A stretch of DNA of 64,000 nt from the NCBI GenBank assembly GCA_963715195.1, contig CAVQRT010000030.1, positions 32,001-96,000 of the forward strand. Reading direction: 5' to 3'. Every line of letters begins with the position of its first letter. Position 1 is the first letter of the stretch. Under the pieces are notes generated by a model. That model was given only the letters and a program-made list of their open reading frames with translations. It ran no database searches and was not told the origin of the DNA. The DNA is from Thermodesulfovibrionales bacterium. GTDB lineage: Bacteria; Nitrospirota; Thermodesulfovibrionia; Thermodesulfovibrionales; SM23-35. The position numbers and the translations under genes were made by a program. Of the stretch, positions 10,009 through 20,124 are shown piece by piece.

Positions 10009-10866
10009 TTATGCCTTCGAAAGGAATACGATTGAGATAACTGCGCTTAGCACTGCGGCAATCTTCCAAATTGTCAGCTTTTCCATCTTCAGGGTTACCG
10101 AAACAACCAAAGCCATAATAAAACTCATGTTAGCGATAGGGATTACAACACTTGCCTCACCGTACTCAAGTGCTAACATGAGAAAATTCACTATTAGGAA
10201 AACAAGTACTCCGGAGACGAGTGAGTAGAGAGCTTTCTTACTCGTAAATAATATTCTATTTTCTTTGAACGCAGCGTAAAGAAACCCCCCTGCAATCCAA
10301 CAGAAAGACACGATTAAAAGCATCAGGTCGGGATTGGCATTATTCATCAGCGCCCCCTTCGATGTTACACCGTATAAAGCCCGTAATCCAGATGCGAAAA
10401 TCGATAAACCGAAGAAAAGGGAAAAGTTGAAATCGCCGGCAGAATGATGCTTTTTCTGAAAAAGAAGCATTACGGCAAGAATACCCAACAAGATCCCAGA
10501 TATTTTTATAATGTTGATGGACTCGTCCAATATCAAGAATGATAATATCACGACGCCAATGGTATTTAGACGGTAAATGGTCGAACAGATGCTGATATCA
10601 ATATGTGTCATGCTTTCCAGCAGAAGAATGTTTGATAGCACCAGAAAGAGCCCAGCTGTGAGGCCAAACAAAATGCTCGGCATATGATGCGGATTTACAT
10701 CGCCCTTAATAAAGAAGGTGGCTGACTGAAGGATGGCCCATACTATTCCTACTCCGAAGATATACATCCCTCTGGAGCGAATCTTGCGGGAATATCGCTT
10801 GAAAACGACATCATTGAGTCCCGCAGATAAAAGACTTAGAATTGCAAATATAAGAGCACTATGCAT
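10009..10866 (-). CDS. EamA/DMT family transporter
   Basis: About 10 TM segments in two repeats, GEASVVIPI motif. Confidence 0.85.
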   Translation of the reverse strand: MHSALIFAILSLLSAGLNDVVFKRYSRKIRSRGMYIFGVGIVWAILQSATFFIKGDVNPHHMPSILFGLTAGLFLVLSNILLLESMTHIDISICSTIYRLNTIGVVILSFLILDESINIIKISGILLGILAVMLLFQKKHHSAGDFNFSLFFGLSIFASGLRALYGVTSKGALMNNANPDLMLLIVSFCWIAGGFLYAAFKENRILFTSKKALYSLVSGVLVFLIVNFLMLALEYGEASVVIPIANMSFIMALVVSVTLKMEKLTIWKIAAVLSAVISIVFLSKA

Positions 10867-11014
10867 GATTAATCATAAACAATAGCAGATATAAACGCAG
10901 CTATTTGTCTTGAGCGGGAATTAATAAAAAATAAGATAATGGAGATTGCGAACTTCTGTTTGATATGTGAATCATCGACTCTGCTCAGTATAATGCGGAT
11001 AATAGGAAGAAGCT

Positions 11015-11254
11015 CTATTTTATCTCACAGAACCATTCCGAGGTCTTTTCATCGACATAGATTTTATAGTTACGATTATCATGCGTTTTGACAAGAAAAA
11101 ATCTCTTTCTCGTCCTGTCAGAATAATTTTCTTCAATCCACTTGTCCACGATTTCGGCAATAGTCATTGTTTCATCATTGATTACAAAAGTCCGTGGACT
11201 TTCATTAACGCGGTAGCCTGAATAAGCGATTACCTTAATATTTACATATGACAT
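11015..11254 (-). CDS. Small conserved hypothetical protein
   Basis: AYSGYRVNESPRTF...W...RFFLV...W pattern typical of a small beta-rich family. Confidence 0.65.
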   Translation of the reverse strand: MSYVNIKVIAYSGYRVNESPRTFVINDETMTIAEIVDKWIEENYSDRTRKRFFLVKTHDNRNYKIYVDEKTSEWFCEIK

Positions 11255-11491
11255 AGTCTTGCAGTATCAAACGGGAAGTTGTTTGTCAATTGGGCTTGAG
11301 GTGAGAATCTATAAGAGGAATAAATGGGCAGGGAAATCTTTCACAGAAGAACTTTATCCCTGCCCGCTTCTCTGCCCATTTTTCACTCTTATTTATAGAC
11401 TATCACTTAATTAGTGTATTGCAACAGAAATATTGCTTTTTTTCTTGGGGATATTGCTATTGTGAAAATATTTATAGGGTTTTGCTTCCTC

Positions 11492-12376
11492 TCAACGCAC
11501 ATTTATTAGATAAACAGCAGCAAGCGCAGTCAGCCCACCTGTAATCGTTGAAATCTTTGGAACTTCGCCAAGAAATATCCAGCTCAGCATAAGCGCGCTG
11601 AACGGAACCAGAAAGACAAACGAACTTGCCTTATATGAGCTCAAACGGCTTGATGCAAAGAAATAGACGGTTGTCGCCAGGGTGCTCGAAATAATCGCCA
11701 GATAAAGCATGTTCAACCAGAAGAACGAACCCTGTTTGAAAACACCTAATATCTCTTTGGGCAAGGCGAGAAAGAAGTAAAGCACAGAACAGAAGGCATA
11801 CACAAAAAAACTGAATACAAGTGGTGAAACCCATTCAGCCGCTTTTTGACTACATATAGTCAGGAGAGCCCACAGGACAGCACACAGCAGGAAATAGAGG
11901 TTGCCACTTATAAATAAATTATTCCAATCAAGGCTCCAAATTTCCAGAAGGATGCAGCCACCGATTAGTCCCAGAGCTAATCCAATGTAATCTTTCCTTA
12001 CCAACTTTTGCTTAAGAAGAATTACCGAAAAGATAAAAGTCGCAAGGGGAACCATCGTCGAAACCATTACCCCTCCAACGCCTGCAAACCCGTATGTCAA
12101 ACCTTTGAAAAACAGGTAGAGATACAGCCCCATACAGACAGAACCTAAAAGGATATAGACAGAAGCGGACCTGTTCAATTTAATGGGTTGTCGTAATAAC
12201 ACCAGGATAGGTACAAAGGACACAAGATTGATAAGAAAGCGCCAGAAAGTCAAGGTCTCAGCTGGAAGCACATCGGCTATGACTTTTCCGGAAACCCAGC
12301 TTCCACCCCAAATTATCATGGATACTACAACCAGAGAGTTAAACAACGCAGCTTTGGTTGAGGTGCGCATCTTCAT
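11492..12376 (-). CDS. DMT/EamA family transporter
   Basis: IWGGSWVSGK, TFWRF and FLGE motifs; 10 TM segments. Confidence 0.9.
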   Translation of the reverse strand: MKMRTSTKAALFNSLVVVSMIIWGGSWVSGKVIADVLPAETLTFWRFLINLVSFVPILVLLRQPIKLNRSASVYILLGSVCMGLYLYLFFKGLTYGFAGVGGVMVSTMVPLATFIFSVILLKQKLVRKDYIGLALGLIGGCILLEIWSLDWNNLFISGNLYFLLCAVLWALLTICSQKAAEWVSPLVFSFFVYAFCSVLYFFLALPKEILGVFKQGSFFWLNMLYLAIISSTLATTVYFFASSRLSSYKASSFVFLVPFSALMLSWIFLGEVPKISTITGGLTALAAVYLINVR

Positions 12377-12413
12377 AACATTGAATCGCCTGAGACTTCG
12401 CGGCTGCGGAGCT

Positions 12414-12827
12414 TTATTCGGGCACTTCTATATCTTCGTATCCCTTGCCAGCTACAGCCATTAGACGGATGCGCTCCGGCTTCATGCGGATGACAACATA
12501 TTTTGGGTCTGCTGGGTCCTGAATGTATTTCTTAAGAATCGGAACTGCCTCGTACAATTTCAGCTTATCATCATTGTCGGTGCTGATGGCACATGCACCG
12601 GCAATCCTGACATGTTTTCCTTCTCTGTCGCTGAAACAGTATTCTGCGTGAGGGACTTTGCTGAGTTGCAGGATTTTCTCCATATAGTTCATTGTCGCAC
12701 ACCACAGCTCATTTTCCACCCAAACACAGCTTCCCATAGGACGCACCCCCACTTTATTGCCGTCACTCGTTGCAAGGAATCCCCACCCGACTTCCGCCAT
12801 GAATTTCTTGACCATTTCAAAACTCAT
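12414..12827 (-). CDS. Pyridoxamine 5'-phosphate oxidase-like FMN-binding protein
   Basis: FLATSDGNKVGVRPM, HVRIAG. Confidence 0.8.
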   Translation of the reverse strand: MSFEMVKKFMAEVGWGFLATSDGNKVGVRPMGSCVWVENELWCATMNYMEKILQLSKVPHAEYCFSDREGKHVRIAGACAISTDNDDKLKLYEAVPILKKYIQDPADPKYVVIRMKPERIRLMAVAGKGYEDIEVPE

Positions 12828-12907
12828 CTCATTTCTCCTTTCATGTGCAGATTATAGCAGAAGTTGGAGAGTGAAGAAGTAATACTCCAATATTTATGAT
12901 ACTTATA

Positions 12908-13867
12908 TTAATCTTTTCGCACTCCTATAATCAGAACTGTCTCAGGAAGGTCTCTTATCATGATATTGTTGAACCCTGTTTCAGCTAACCAACGTTTTAT
13001 CTCTTTGGGATTATAACACCGTCCTTTTTCGGTACCTACAAGCATGTTTACCGAGAATAGTGCGCTATGGAGGGGAGCGGTACGTTCCTCATTTATTGGG
13101 AATTCCTGAACAACAACCCTACCACCAGGATTAATGGCTATTTTACATTTATGGAGGAGAGCAATATTCTCTTCTGCAGAAAAGGCATGAAAGATTTGGC
13201 TCAACAGAATGAGATCATACTTAGAGTCAATTGTGTCAACATGAAAATCGCCAGCAATGAACCTAATTCCTTGTACACCCGCACGACGAGCAACTTTTTT
13301 GGCAATTCTAATTGTCTCGGGGAGATCAAAGACGGTAGCTTTCACCCCGTTCTTTGCCATGGCGATGGCATTCGTACCGGGTCCCCCTCCTAAGTCAAGC
13401 ATTGTTTTTACACTTTTCAATCCTACTGCTTTGATAAGGCTTTCCGTACGCAGTAACGCCAGGTTATGCATTCCCATGATGAATGACTCGTGGTCAAAGT
13501 CGCGCCGTGCAGGGCAGCCTGTCCTAACCACTTCATCCAAGACAGAAAAGTTCTTCCACATGGTAGAAGCATGTTTAATGATATCTCCCTGGTAAAGGTG
13601 GCTACCCCTTACCAAATAGCGATTGCTTACCGGGGCATTCCGGTATTTGCGATCATTGTTTTTACTGATTAGTCCTATGCCCGTAAGGGCATCAAGCAGT
13701 ATCTCCGTTGCCCGGGGATCAATATCCAGCTTTTTTGCAATCTCTGTTGCAGATGATGCCTTTTTCAGATTATTAAATATTCCGAGGTTATTTGCTGTCA
13801 AAATAACTCTTGATGAGGTGAATCCCAAATAAAGTTTTCTCAGTCCTGCCAAATCATCAGGCACCAT
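12908..13867 (-). CDS. SAM-dependent O-methyltransferase (Methyltransf_2 with dimerisation domain)
   Basis: N-terminal wHTH region, LDLGGGPG, GDFH, SQIFH. Confidence 0.9.
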   Translation of the reverse strand: MVPDDLAGLRKLYLGFTSSRVILTANNLGIFNNLKKASSATEIAKKLDIDPRATEILLDALTGIGLISKNNDRKYRNAPVSNRYLVRGSHLYQGDIIKHASTMWKNFSVLDEVVRTGCPARRDFDHESFIMGMHNLALLRTESLIKAVGLKSVKTMLDLGGGPGTNAIAMAKNGVKATVFDLPETIRIAKKVARRAGVQGIRFIAGDFHVDTIDSKYDLILLSQIFHAFSAEENIALLHKCKIAINPGGRVVVQEFPINEERTAPLHSALFSVNMLVGTEKGRCYNPKEIKRWLAETGFNNIMIRDLPETVLIIGVRKD

Positions 13868-14598
13868 TTTTACTCCTCCTATGTGATAAGCGAAATACTG
13901 AATTCTATTATAAATTGGACGTAACGATTCTTGATAGATCCGATCAAAGCTTTATGATATGCCAGACTACAAATTGTTGATTTCTATTTATACTGCTGCG
14001 ATGAATGAAAAGATTAATTGTTGCGTATTCCAGGAAAGATGTTTGCCTTTCAAGTCTCTCTGGATTACGGTTTTTCCTTCGCCCCGTAAGACGCATGCCA
14101 TTTTTCTCAGAGACACCTACACCCCTTTAGAGGACACCTGTCAAGCAAAAAGCTCTCTTTAAGAAGTTTTCTGACTTCTTCATATTTATGAGCTGCCGAC
14201 ACTCTTTGCCATTACCGTTTTTTCTTTGAGTTTCTCGGCTACAGTCTTCACTGTGCCATACACCCATCGGGATTGAGGCCGCACCCAGAGAGCATTCCCT
14301 AAGGAGGGCCCTTCCGCTGTATATCGCGAACCAGAAAACCTTCGGCTCCGTGCCAGGTCCATTCTTTTTTTTCAATTTCCGTGGTTCTTACTCCAGTCCT
14401 AAGATGGCTCCCGGCCCGGGCAGTAAAGATGTCGGTAACTCCTATAGTGCTGGGCTCGGCAGTTTCCAATCAAAGCGGTGGTTTAGTGCCAGTAGGCCCT
14501 CTATATGATCATCAATTCCACATTGCTGACATACTCGAAGTTGTGAGGATTACTGGATGAAACGGAGAACATTTAAAAACCTGCTTTAATCATAATTT

Positions 14599-15849
14599 CT
14601 GTCCAAAATAGATTTTAGAAAACCTCCGATCAAGGTACTATAGATGTGCGAACAAAAATAGAAACCAAGATCGGAGGGCTATATGAATAAGTTTAGCAGC
14701 ATCTTTGGACAGATTCTACAGATATTTTCGAAGAAGGAATTTTACCGAGCAGTGATAGAAACCAAGGCAGAAAGAGGAGCCAAGGGATTTACCTGTTGGC
14801 AGCAATTTGTAGCGATGCTATTTTGTCAATTGGGAGGAGCCCAATCGTTGAGGGAGATCAGTGGAGGGCTGGCAAGCTGTCTGGGGAAGCTAAGACATCT
14901 TGGGGTAGACAGCGCTCCTAACCGTTCAACCTTATCATATGCCAACGAACACAGGCCGTGGCAATTATACCAAACGGTATTCTATGAGCTTTTAGATCAA
15001 TGCAAAACACTGGTAAAGGGGAAGAAGAAGTTTCGGTTCAAGAGCAAACTCTTTAGTCTCGATGCAACGACGATTGAACTGTGTGCGAGTCTTTTTGATT
15101 GGGCGAAATTCAGGACGACGAAGGGTGCGGTAAAGCTGCATTTGTTATTGGATCATGAAGGGTATCTTCCGGTATTTGCTCATATCACGGAAGGCAGGAT
15201 ACATGAGGTAAACATTGCACAAGGGTTGCATGTTCCCAGAGGCTCTATTGTAGTCATCGACAGAGGATATGTTGACTATGCCTTATTTGGCAGATGGACA
15301 CAAGATGGTGTTTATTTTGTCACGAGGCAGAAGGACAATGCAGATTACACGGTTATAGAAGAAAGACCACTCCCTCAGAATCGCAATATCCTGAGAGATC
15401 AACTTATTGAACTGAGCGGATTTTATTCTCAGCAGAAATGTCCTTATCTGCTCAGGAGAATTGAAGTATGGGATGATGAGAATGAACGGATAGTGGTGTT
15501 ATTGACGAATCATCTATCCTTTGGGCCAACGACCATAGCTGCTGTATATAAAGACAGATGGCAAATAGAGATCTTCTTTAAGACGATCAAACAGAATCTG
15601 AAGATAAAAACCTTTGTAGGGACATCGCCGAATGCTCTCATGATACAGATTTGGACAGCATTGATAGCGATACTCATTCTGAAGTATCTGAAGTACCGTT
15701 CTACCTTTGGCTGGTCACTGTCAAATCTTATAGCGATGCTCAGGTATAATCTCTTTATGTATAGGGATCTATGGGAATGGATACATAACCCCTATGAAAT
15801 ACCGCCGATTGTTCCGGAGATGGAACAACTTTCTTTAAAAGGTGTTTAA
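14599..15849 (+). mobile_element. IS4-family insertion sequence; transposase 14683-15849
   Basis: DUF4372-like N-terminus, D-D-E motifs (LDATTI, IDRGY, YKDRWQIEIFFK); candidate left end CTGTCCAAAATA at 14599. Confidence 0.9.
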
Positions 15850-15957
15850 TTGGAAACTAAGGATAAAGATAAAAATCTGCTATACTTGATTAAAAATGTA
15901 ATGAAAGTGTTGGATATTAAGATAGCAAGTCAAAGACTTAGGAGATGATATTAAAAA

Positions 15958-16317
15958 GTGAGCAAAGCTAATTTTACTGACATAAGACTGCAGCATGTAA
16001 CTTGGAGGGTTAAGCTCAATGACTTTCTTGAAGGAAAGCCGAGCATGACCGAGGAACAGGCAACTTCTCACAAGGCTTGCGATGTGGGTAAATGGTTGTA
16101 TTCTGAAGGTATGAAAAAATATGGCACAATGCCAGAAATGCAAGAACTTGAAAAAATACATGTTGAACTTCATGCGACTGTCAAAAAAATCGTATCCCAA
16201 AAAAAAGTCGCAAATATTTATGCCGAAAAGGAAGAATTAGAGAAGTTAGATAATATTTTACGGAAGATCATGTTCTTATTGGTTGACATCGAGCAGAAGC
16301 TTTTATCGGCTCTTTGA
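15958..16317 (+). CDS. Stand-alone CZB (chemoreceptor zinc-binding) domain protein
   Basis: HVTW..., HKACDVGKWL, HVELH: His/Cys/His/His ligand pattern. Confidence 0.85.
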   Translation: MSKANFTDIRLQHVTWRVKLNDFLEGKPSMTEEQATSHKACDVGKWLYSEGMKKYGTMPEMQELEKIHVELHATVKKIVSQKKVANIYAEKEELEKLDNILRKIMFLLVDIEQKLLSAL

Positions 16318-16599
16318 CCCTTTCATTTCTTTAATTTCTTGGCAACATAGACACGAAGCAGACATTGACAAAAAAATAATTCCCCAAAAAGAAATGAGAA
16401 TTTACGCCTCAGCGGATCTTTGTCCATGCATGCATTGAATGACTCTAATCCGATATCTTTTGCCCTGCAAAGGCTTTTAAATTCAGAGATGTAACAGCTG
16501 AAATCCTTTGGACATTGGAAGACACCAATAATATGAAATACAAGTTTCTTCCTGACTACTACGTCAAAAAAAGATGGGTTGGTTGTTATAAATAATGAC

Positions 16600-17421
16600 T
16601 TAGAATGCCAGCGTTAATTTTCCGAATATCATGCGTCTCGGCTGTAATATCGGACTAACTGATTCTGGATCCGTATAGTGAAAAGATTTGTCGAACAGGT
16701 TTTTCACCCCGAGGGTGACTGAATCAAACCGTTTCGGTAAACGGTAGCTTACCACAGTATCGACGACCCGGAACCGATCGCTGCCCGAAATACTTTGAAA
16801 ACCGGCTTCAGAGGCCTGTATAATAAACTCTCCTTTTTGATCGAAATGCGTTGCTTTCAGTTGAGCGCTGAATTCACTGGGATGGAAAAAGGCTATCCCG
16901 ACAGGAATTCGTTGCGTTTTTAAATATTCTGGGTCACTGAGAAAATCAGCTTTATCCCTGTCAAGTCTCTCATACTGATATACTCTTTCTAACCGTTCTC
17001 TAAAGTCTTTTCTCTCAACTTGCAGAACGGGAGGTGCCGGTGGTTGACATGCGGTGTCATTCGCACAAACCGGATCATTGCAATTATTAGCACAACTCGG
17101 AGACGGAGTGCCTACACAGCCACTGCCAGACGAACGACTGCCTGTATTTGGGCTTAGGCATGATATAGCATATGTATTTGATAGATCGATACGTGTAGTA
17201 TTCCAGGAAATTGATTCTTCTGAAGGTCTGCAGTCATCCGGATTACTAACAATTCGAGTCTGCCCATTTACTTTCTTATAACAACTGTAAATTACATTGT
17301 CATCGCCTGCGGGCTGCTGTACTCTATTACTGTCTTTTTTGGCTGCGTAGCGCGGTAGTAATGTGGCTGCAAATACAAAAAGAACGGTCAAGGGAAAAAT
17401 CATTACTACTATCTTTTTCAT
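16600..17421 (-). CDS. Mosaic exported protein: Cys-rich N-terminus plus C-terminal fragment of a TonB-dependent-receptor-like barrel
   Basis: IYSCYKKVNGQTRIV..C...ISWN module; SYRLPKR..GVKNLFD..terminal F. Confidence 0.55.
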   Translation of the reverse strand: MKKIVVMIFPLTVLFVFAATLLPRYAAKKDSNRVQQPAGDDNVIYSCYKKVNGQTRIVSNPDDCRPSEESISWNTTRIDLSNTYAISCLSPNTGSRSSGSGCVGTPSPSCANNCNDPVCANDTACQPPAPPVLQVERKDFRERLERVYQYERLDRDKADFLSDPEYLKTQRIPVGIAFFHPSEFSAQLKATHFDQKGEFIIQASEAGFQSISGSDRFRVVDTVVSYRLPKRFDSVTLGVKNLFDKSFHYTDPESVSPILQPRRMIFGKLTLAF

Positions 17422-17788
17422 TTTTTAGCCTTACTTTTGGTATCCATTAGGAGTTAGTTGGTTGGTTGCAGCCATGGCTCCATCACCGACCTTGATGCCC
17501 AGATAGGCGGATGGTTTCAATGCCTTTGCCATTCCTTCGTAGCTTTCAAAATCTTAAAAACAATGCTTCACCTCCTTTCTGTGTTTTTTTCTGGCAGGAA
17601 TCCTATGCTGAGTCTTTTTTTTCGATGTGATTCCCGCTAAAGGACGCTAGCAGTTCTATATATAGGTTAGGCACTATAAGCAATGATATCAGTGATTCAA
17701 ATTACGAACACTGCGGTGATTATGAGGAATAACATACTATCGGGAGGATTGTTTTGAAAATCAAGACAAGGGAAGAGCATTGAATCTG

Positions 17789-18244
17789 CTATTTTTTTAT
17801 GGCCATATTACCATTTAATTTTAAGGATGGTGTTCGTTCCACAAGTTCAAGGAGAAAGGTTTTCTTATCTTTTGGTGAAATCATAATGACTCGTTTTTTG
17901 CTGTTCTTTATATAGTCGATCTTCAGCCTATCAAGAGACCATGCAGGAGAGCTTAACGGGCTTCTCGTTGGAACCACAAGCTCAATTGAAGACAGAGGTA
18001 TCTTGCAATGCAACAATATCCCGCTACGAATTTCTAAAGTTGTGGTTGTGATTTCGTAATGAACCGGATATGCGAGAAGTATAAGAATGCCGAAATAAAC
18101 AATAGAAACTAAGAAGAGGACCCGTGTCTCAGTGTAGTGAAAACCTTTGACCATGATCAGATTAATTACCTGGACGAGAAGCATAACTCCGCCTAAGACG
18201 ACAATGAGAACAAGCCATCTGTCTTTCTTTGTCTGATAGATCAC
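17789..18244 (-). CDS. Bacterial PH-domain membrane protein
   Basis: Two TM segments, then LEIRSG..IPLSSI..SSPAWSLDRL..ISP. Confidence 0.8.
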   Translation of the reverse strand: MIYQTKKDRWLVLIVVLGGVMLLVQVINLIMVKGFHYTETRVLFLVSIVYFGILILLAYPVHYEITTTTLEIRSGILLHCKIPLSSIELVVPTRSPLSSPAWSLDRLKIDYIKNSKKRVIMISPKDKKTFLLELVERTPSLKLNGNMAIKK

Positions 18245-18366
18245 TGTTTTATGAGTGCCACCTTGTGATGATTACAAATTGGCATCTATCTGATTATATC
18301 AAGCTAATCAGGAAAGGATTTCAGGAAGGCGCTGAAAAATTGTGTAAAGTCAGTGGCGTTCCATAC

Positions 18367-18894
18367 TTATGACATAAGCTGGCTTTGTATAAGCCGAATA
18401 TCGTCAATCCATGCAGTCCCTTTACCATTGATAACCAAATTAAGTTTTACATAATCAGGTTTTTCGCCCTTCTTCAAGAAGAATGGGGTTTCCATTGTTA
18501 CCCAGTTGTTGGTACCTGTTAGGGTGCTCTGCAGTCCTCGTGAAAAGAACTCGCCTCTTCCAGAGAAATGACACCACATTTCCAAGTACACTTGCCCTTC
18601 TACGCCTTCAGTGCGAACCTTAGCTTGGTAAATCAAGCGGGCGTTCTCAATGTTTAAATCTCTTACCTCATACAATCTCACCACGGTAGGTTCTGACACA
18701 GTAATTCGCAGAGATCCTTTCCCGTCGCTTGAAACTGTTTTATCTATCTCGACACCGGACTGTGTAATTATCCCTTCCAAGTTGTCAATGGGAAAACTTT
18801 TTAGCTCCACAACTTGCGACGTCGATTTAGAACAATTGATCAGGCCAAATATCATAAGCAAACAAACAAATATAGCAACATTCTTAATAAGCAT
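18367..18894 (-). CDS. Hypothetical lipoprotein (carbohydrate-binding-like beta sandwich)
   Basis: Start re-set to MLIKN behind a purine-rich SD; LINC lipobox-like sequence; GTAWIDDI C-terminus. Confidence 0.7.
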   Translation of the reverse strand: MLIKNVAIFVCLLMIFGLINCSKSTSQVVELKSFPIDNLEGIITQSGVEIDKTVSSDGKGSLRITVSEPTVVRLYEVRDLNIENARLIYQAKVRTEGVEGQVYLEMWCHFSGRGEFFSRGLQSTLTGTNNWVTMETPFFLKKGEKPDYVKLNLVINGKGTAWIDDIRLIQSQLMS

Positions 18895-19415
18895 AATCCC
18901 TCTCTCTCCCCGCATTAGTAGACTGCGGATAATTAAATAATTAGAGAATCTGTGCCTTGCACTATTTGATTTAATAACCGGCTGCTTGCCATTTCCAGTT
19001 GTAGTGTGGATCATTATAGCAAATCCTGCAGGTGTGTGCTTTAGGAAGTAGGGTTGCACCTTCGCCACTAAAACAGGATTGTGCATCTTTCGCCCCGAAG
19101 TAAACACGCCATTTTTTTCATCTGCACCTGTGATCATGCAGGGGTAAGTGGTTAAACTCGGGGAAAAGAAAGTTCGGTTGCGTCCCGGGCATACCCTCCC
19201 TCCCTTTTTTTTGACGAAATACACAACTGTTTCAATACCACACATCTGCGGAGTTGCACATATTACGCCGCAGTTTGAGCAATCACTCAACTTTTTTCCC
19301 CTAATAAAACATGATGTGTGATATGTATCACGGGATTAACGGGAATCTCCGTGTATGGTTATTAATAAGCCTGAATAAGGCATTGGGGGAAAGGAGCAGA
19401 AAAGAGAAATAAATT

Positions 19416-19772
19416 ATGAGTAGGAGCGTAGTCATAATAATGGTTTTGTCCCTTGCTTTTTTTCCAGCTGAATGTGTTGCTGAAAGCTTAAAATTCAACT
19501 GTGCAGGGGTGGGTGAAGGTATTATATGGAAATATACATTCGAGATTGATAAAGAGACTTCCAAAGGTATCGAAAAAGGGGTAACATTAGGTGGTTACCC
19601 CTATACAAAAGACATAGAGGTAGTATTCACACCAGAACGTATGCAAATTAATGCGCTAGGCGCGAAGGAATTCGCAGGTTGGATTGACCGCACTGATCTG
19701 AGCTTTTCTTACGGCTGGGCAAATGGCTCTTGTGATATTATACCCGTCGAAAAGAAGGATACTAAGTTTTAG
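19416..19772 (+). CDS. Hypothetical exported protein
   Basis: Signal peptide, Cys near both ends. Confidence 0.55.
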   Translation: MSRSVVIIMVLSLAFFPAECVAESLKFNCAGVGEGIIWKYTFEIDKETSKGIEKGVTLGGYPYTKDIEVVFTPERMQINALGAKEFAGWIDRTDLSFSYGWANGSCDIIPVEKKDTKF

Positions 19773-20124
19773 TGCCTTTGTTAATTCCGGGATAAGAAAA
19801 AAACAAATCATTGCTGAAGCCCACGATATTTCTTCTTGTTTTTCTTAAGAGTCATTATATTATGTATGACCATTAGTAATTTACGATCTTCATAAGAGTT
19901 ACATATGCATTAGAAGAGGAAGACATTTTCTTTCCGTGTAAAGAGAGATTTTCGCAGGAATGGAATATCAAAAGAATTATGAAGAAAATTTCATTTGTTC
20001 TACATACTACGTTTTCATAAAATTAATCGAGGAGATCATGAATTTTGTTCAGCTTTCCCCATGTACGATCCCGTGTTCTACCGGACAGATATTTTAGGTG
20101 GCAACGTTTTAACTTCTTGTCCTC

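Noticed and set aside
14030..14110. c-di-GMP or SAM riboswitch upstream of the methyltransferase
   Set aside because: Diagnostic conserved motifs not found in the right arrangement
17466..17485. Possible attR copy of the tRNA 3' end (GGCTCCAT)
   Set aside because: Only about 8 bp match; expected by chance
18895..19290. Long Cys-containing N-terminal extension of the lipoprotein
   Set aside because: TTG start without SD; the lipoprotein signal begins at 18894
19895..19940. Possible hemerythrin remnant (HM.LEEEDIFFP with frameshift)
   Set aside because: About 12 residues across a frameshift; too short to support
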